Part shown: positions 63,486 to 64,000 of the stretch, one piece after another
Numbering within the stretch: position 1 is the first letter of the stretch
Layout: every line of letters begins with the position of its first letter
From: Macrostomum lignano
Lineage: Eukaryota
Length of the DNA: 64,000 nucleotides
Direction: 5' to 3'
NCBI GenBank assembly: GCA_002269645.1
Contig: NIVC01000055.1
Coordinates: 62,001-126,000, forward strand
Position numbers and translations under genes: made by a program
The notes under the pieces: generated by a model
Database searches by the model: none
What the model saw: the letters and a program-made list of their open reading frames with translations, nothing else
Told to the model about the DNA's origin: nothing

Positions 63486-64000
63486 TCCCTCCCAAGAAAG
63501 TGCCTTCCAGCCCAGGAATTGCATATCTGGCATCTGAAATCAGCACTCGTCATCAGCACTCGTCATCCCTGGGGCGATTTTCTGCCTCTAAAAGCAGGAT
63601 GAGAGACAGAGTGCTCACTGATTTGCTATGCCTGTCAGGAACTCTCTCAGCTAATCACATTCTGTTTAGTTAATAAAATGCCTCCCACTGGCATCCCGCG
63701 AGCCTCAAGTTAAACAGTCTACCGAGTCAAGGCGCCACTGCGACCACTCGAATTTCTATCAATGAAGGAATTGTAAGCGAGATCCTTGAGCCAACTTGTC
63801 ACTCAGCCCGTCAGTCACACGGGCGGATCCCCAATTATGATGCCGCTCTTGCTGGACTCGAGGGTCCATTGTGGCTCACTCTTTGCCTTTGCTTTCATTT
63901 GGGTGAGTGGCCGCTTCAAGTGAGCGCTCGAGTCTGAAGCGAAGTTCCAAACATTAATGTAGAATTCACTAGCCCTGCGCTCCAGGCTGCGCTGCTGAGG

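Noticed and set aside
61194-63602. 802-aa ORF
   Set aside because: It is a translation of a 20-bp array lacking stop codons, with no domain content.

Overview
Eukaryotic (metazoan) genomic DNA with spliceosomal introns. GC-rich, poly-Q/A/G-rich exons sit in AT-richer introns that nearly all hold a private mini- or microsatellite; this style suggests a flatworm such as Macrostomum (inference). Five protein-coding genes can be assembled by hand with consistent splice phases. On the + strand: an ARHGAP21/23-like PDZ-PH-RhoGAP gene (1816-33718), a dUTPase (36888-37421), a Bora-like gene (about 39083-42138) and Rab27 (43156-45174). On the - strand: a 5-Ig Kirre/Neph1-family gene (46739 to at least 59733). 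A near-intact 5.9-kb LOA-like non-LTR retrotransposon (APE-RT-RNase H) sits antisense in RhoGAP intron 4. Most long ORFs in the supplied track are artefacts of tandem repeats. The most unusual signals are: (i) intronic minisatellites whose unit copies the adjacent splice site, giving dozens of decoy donors; (ii) inverted minisatellite arrays flanking one Bora exon; (iii) a possible genomic relic of the spliced-leader 3' end just upstream of the RhoGAP start codon; (iv) a candidate trans-spliced operon, dUTPase-Bora-Rab27; (v) a strong bias of array unit length toward 20-22 bp.
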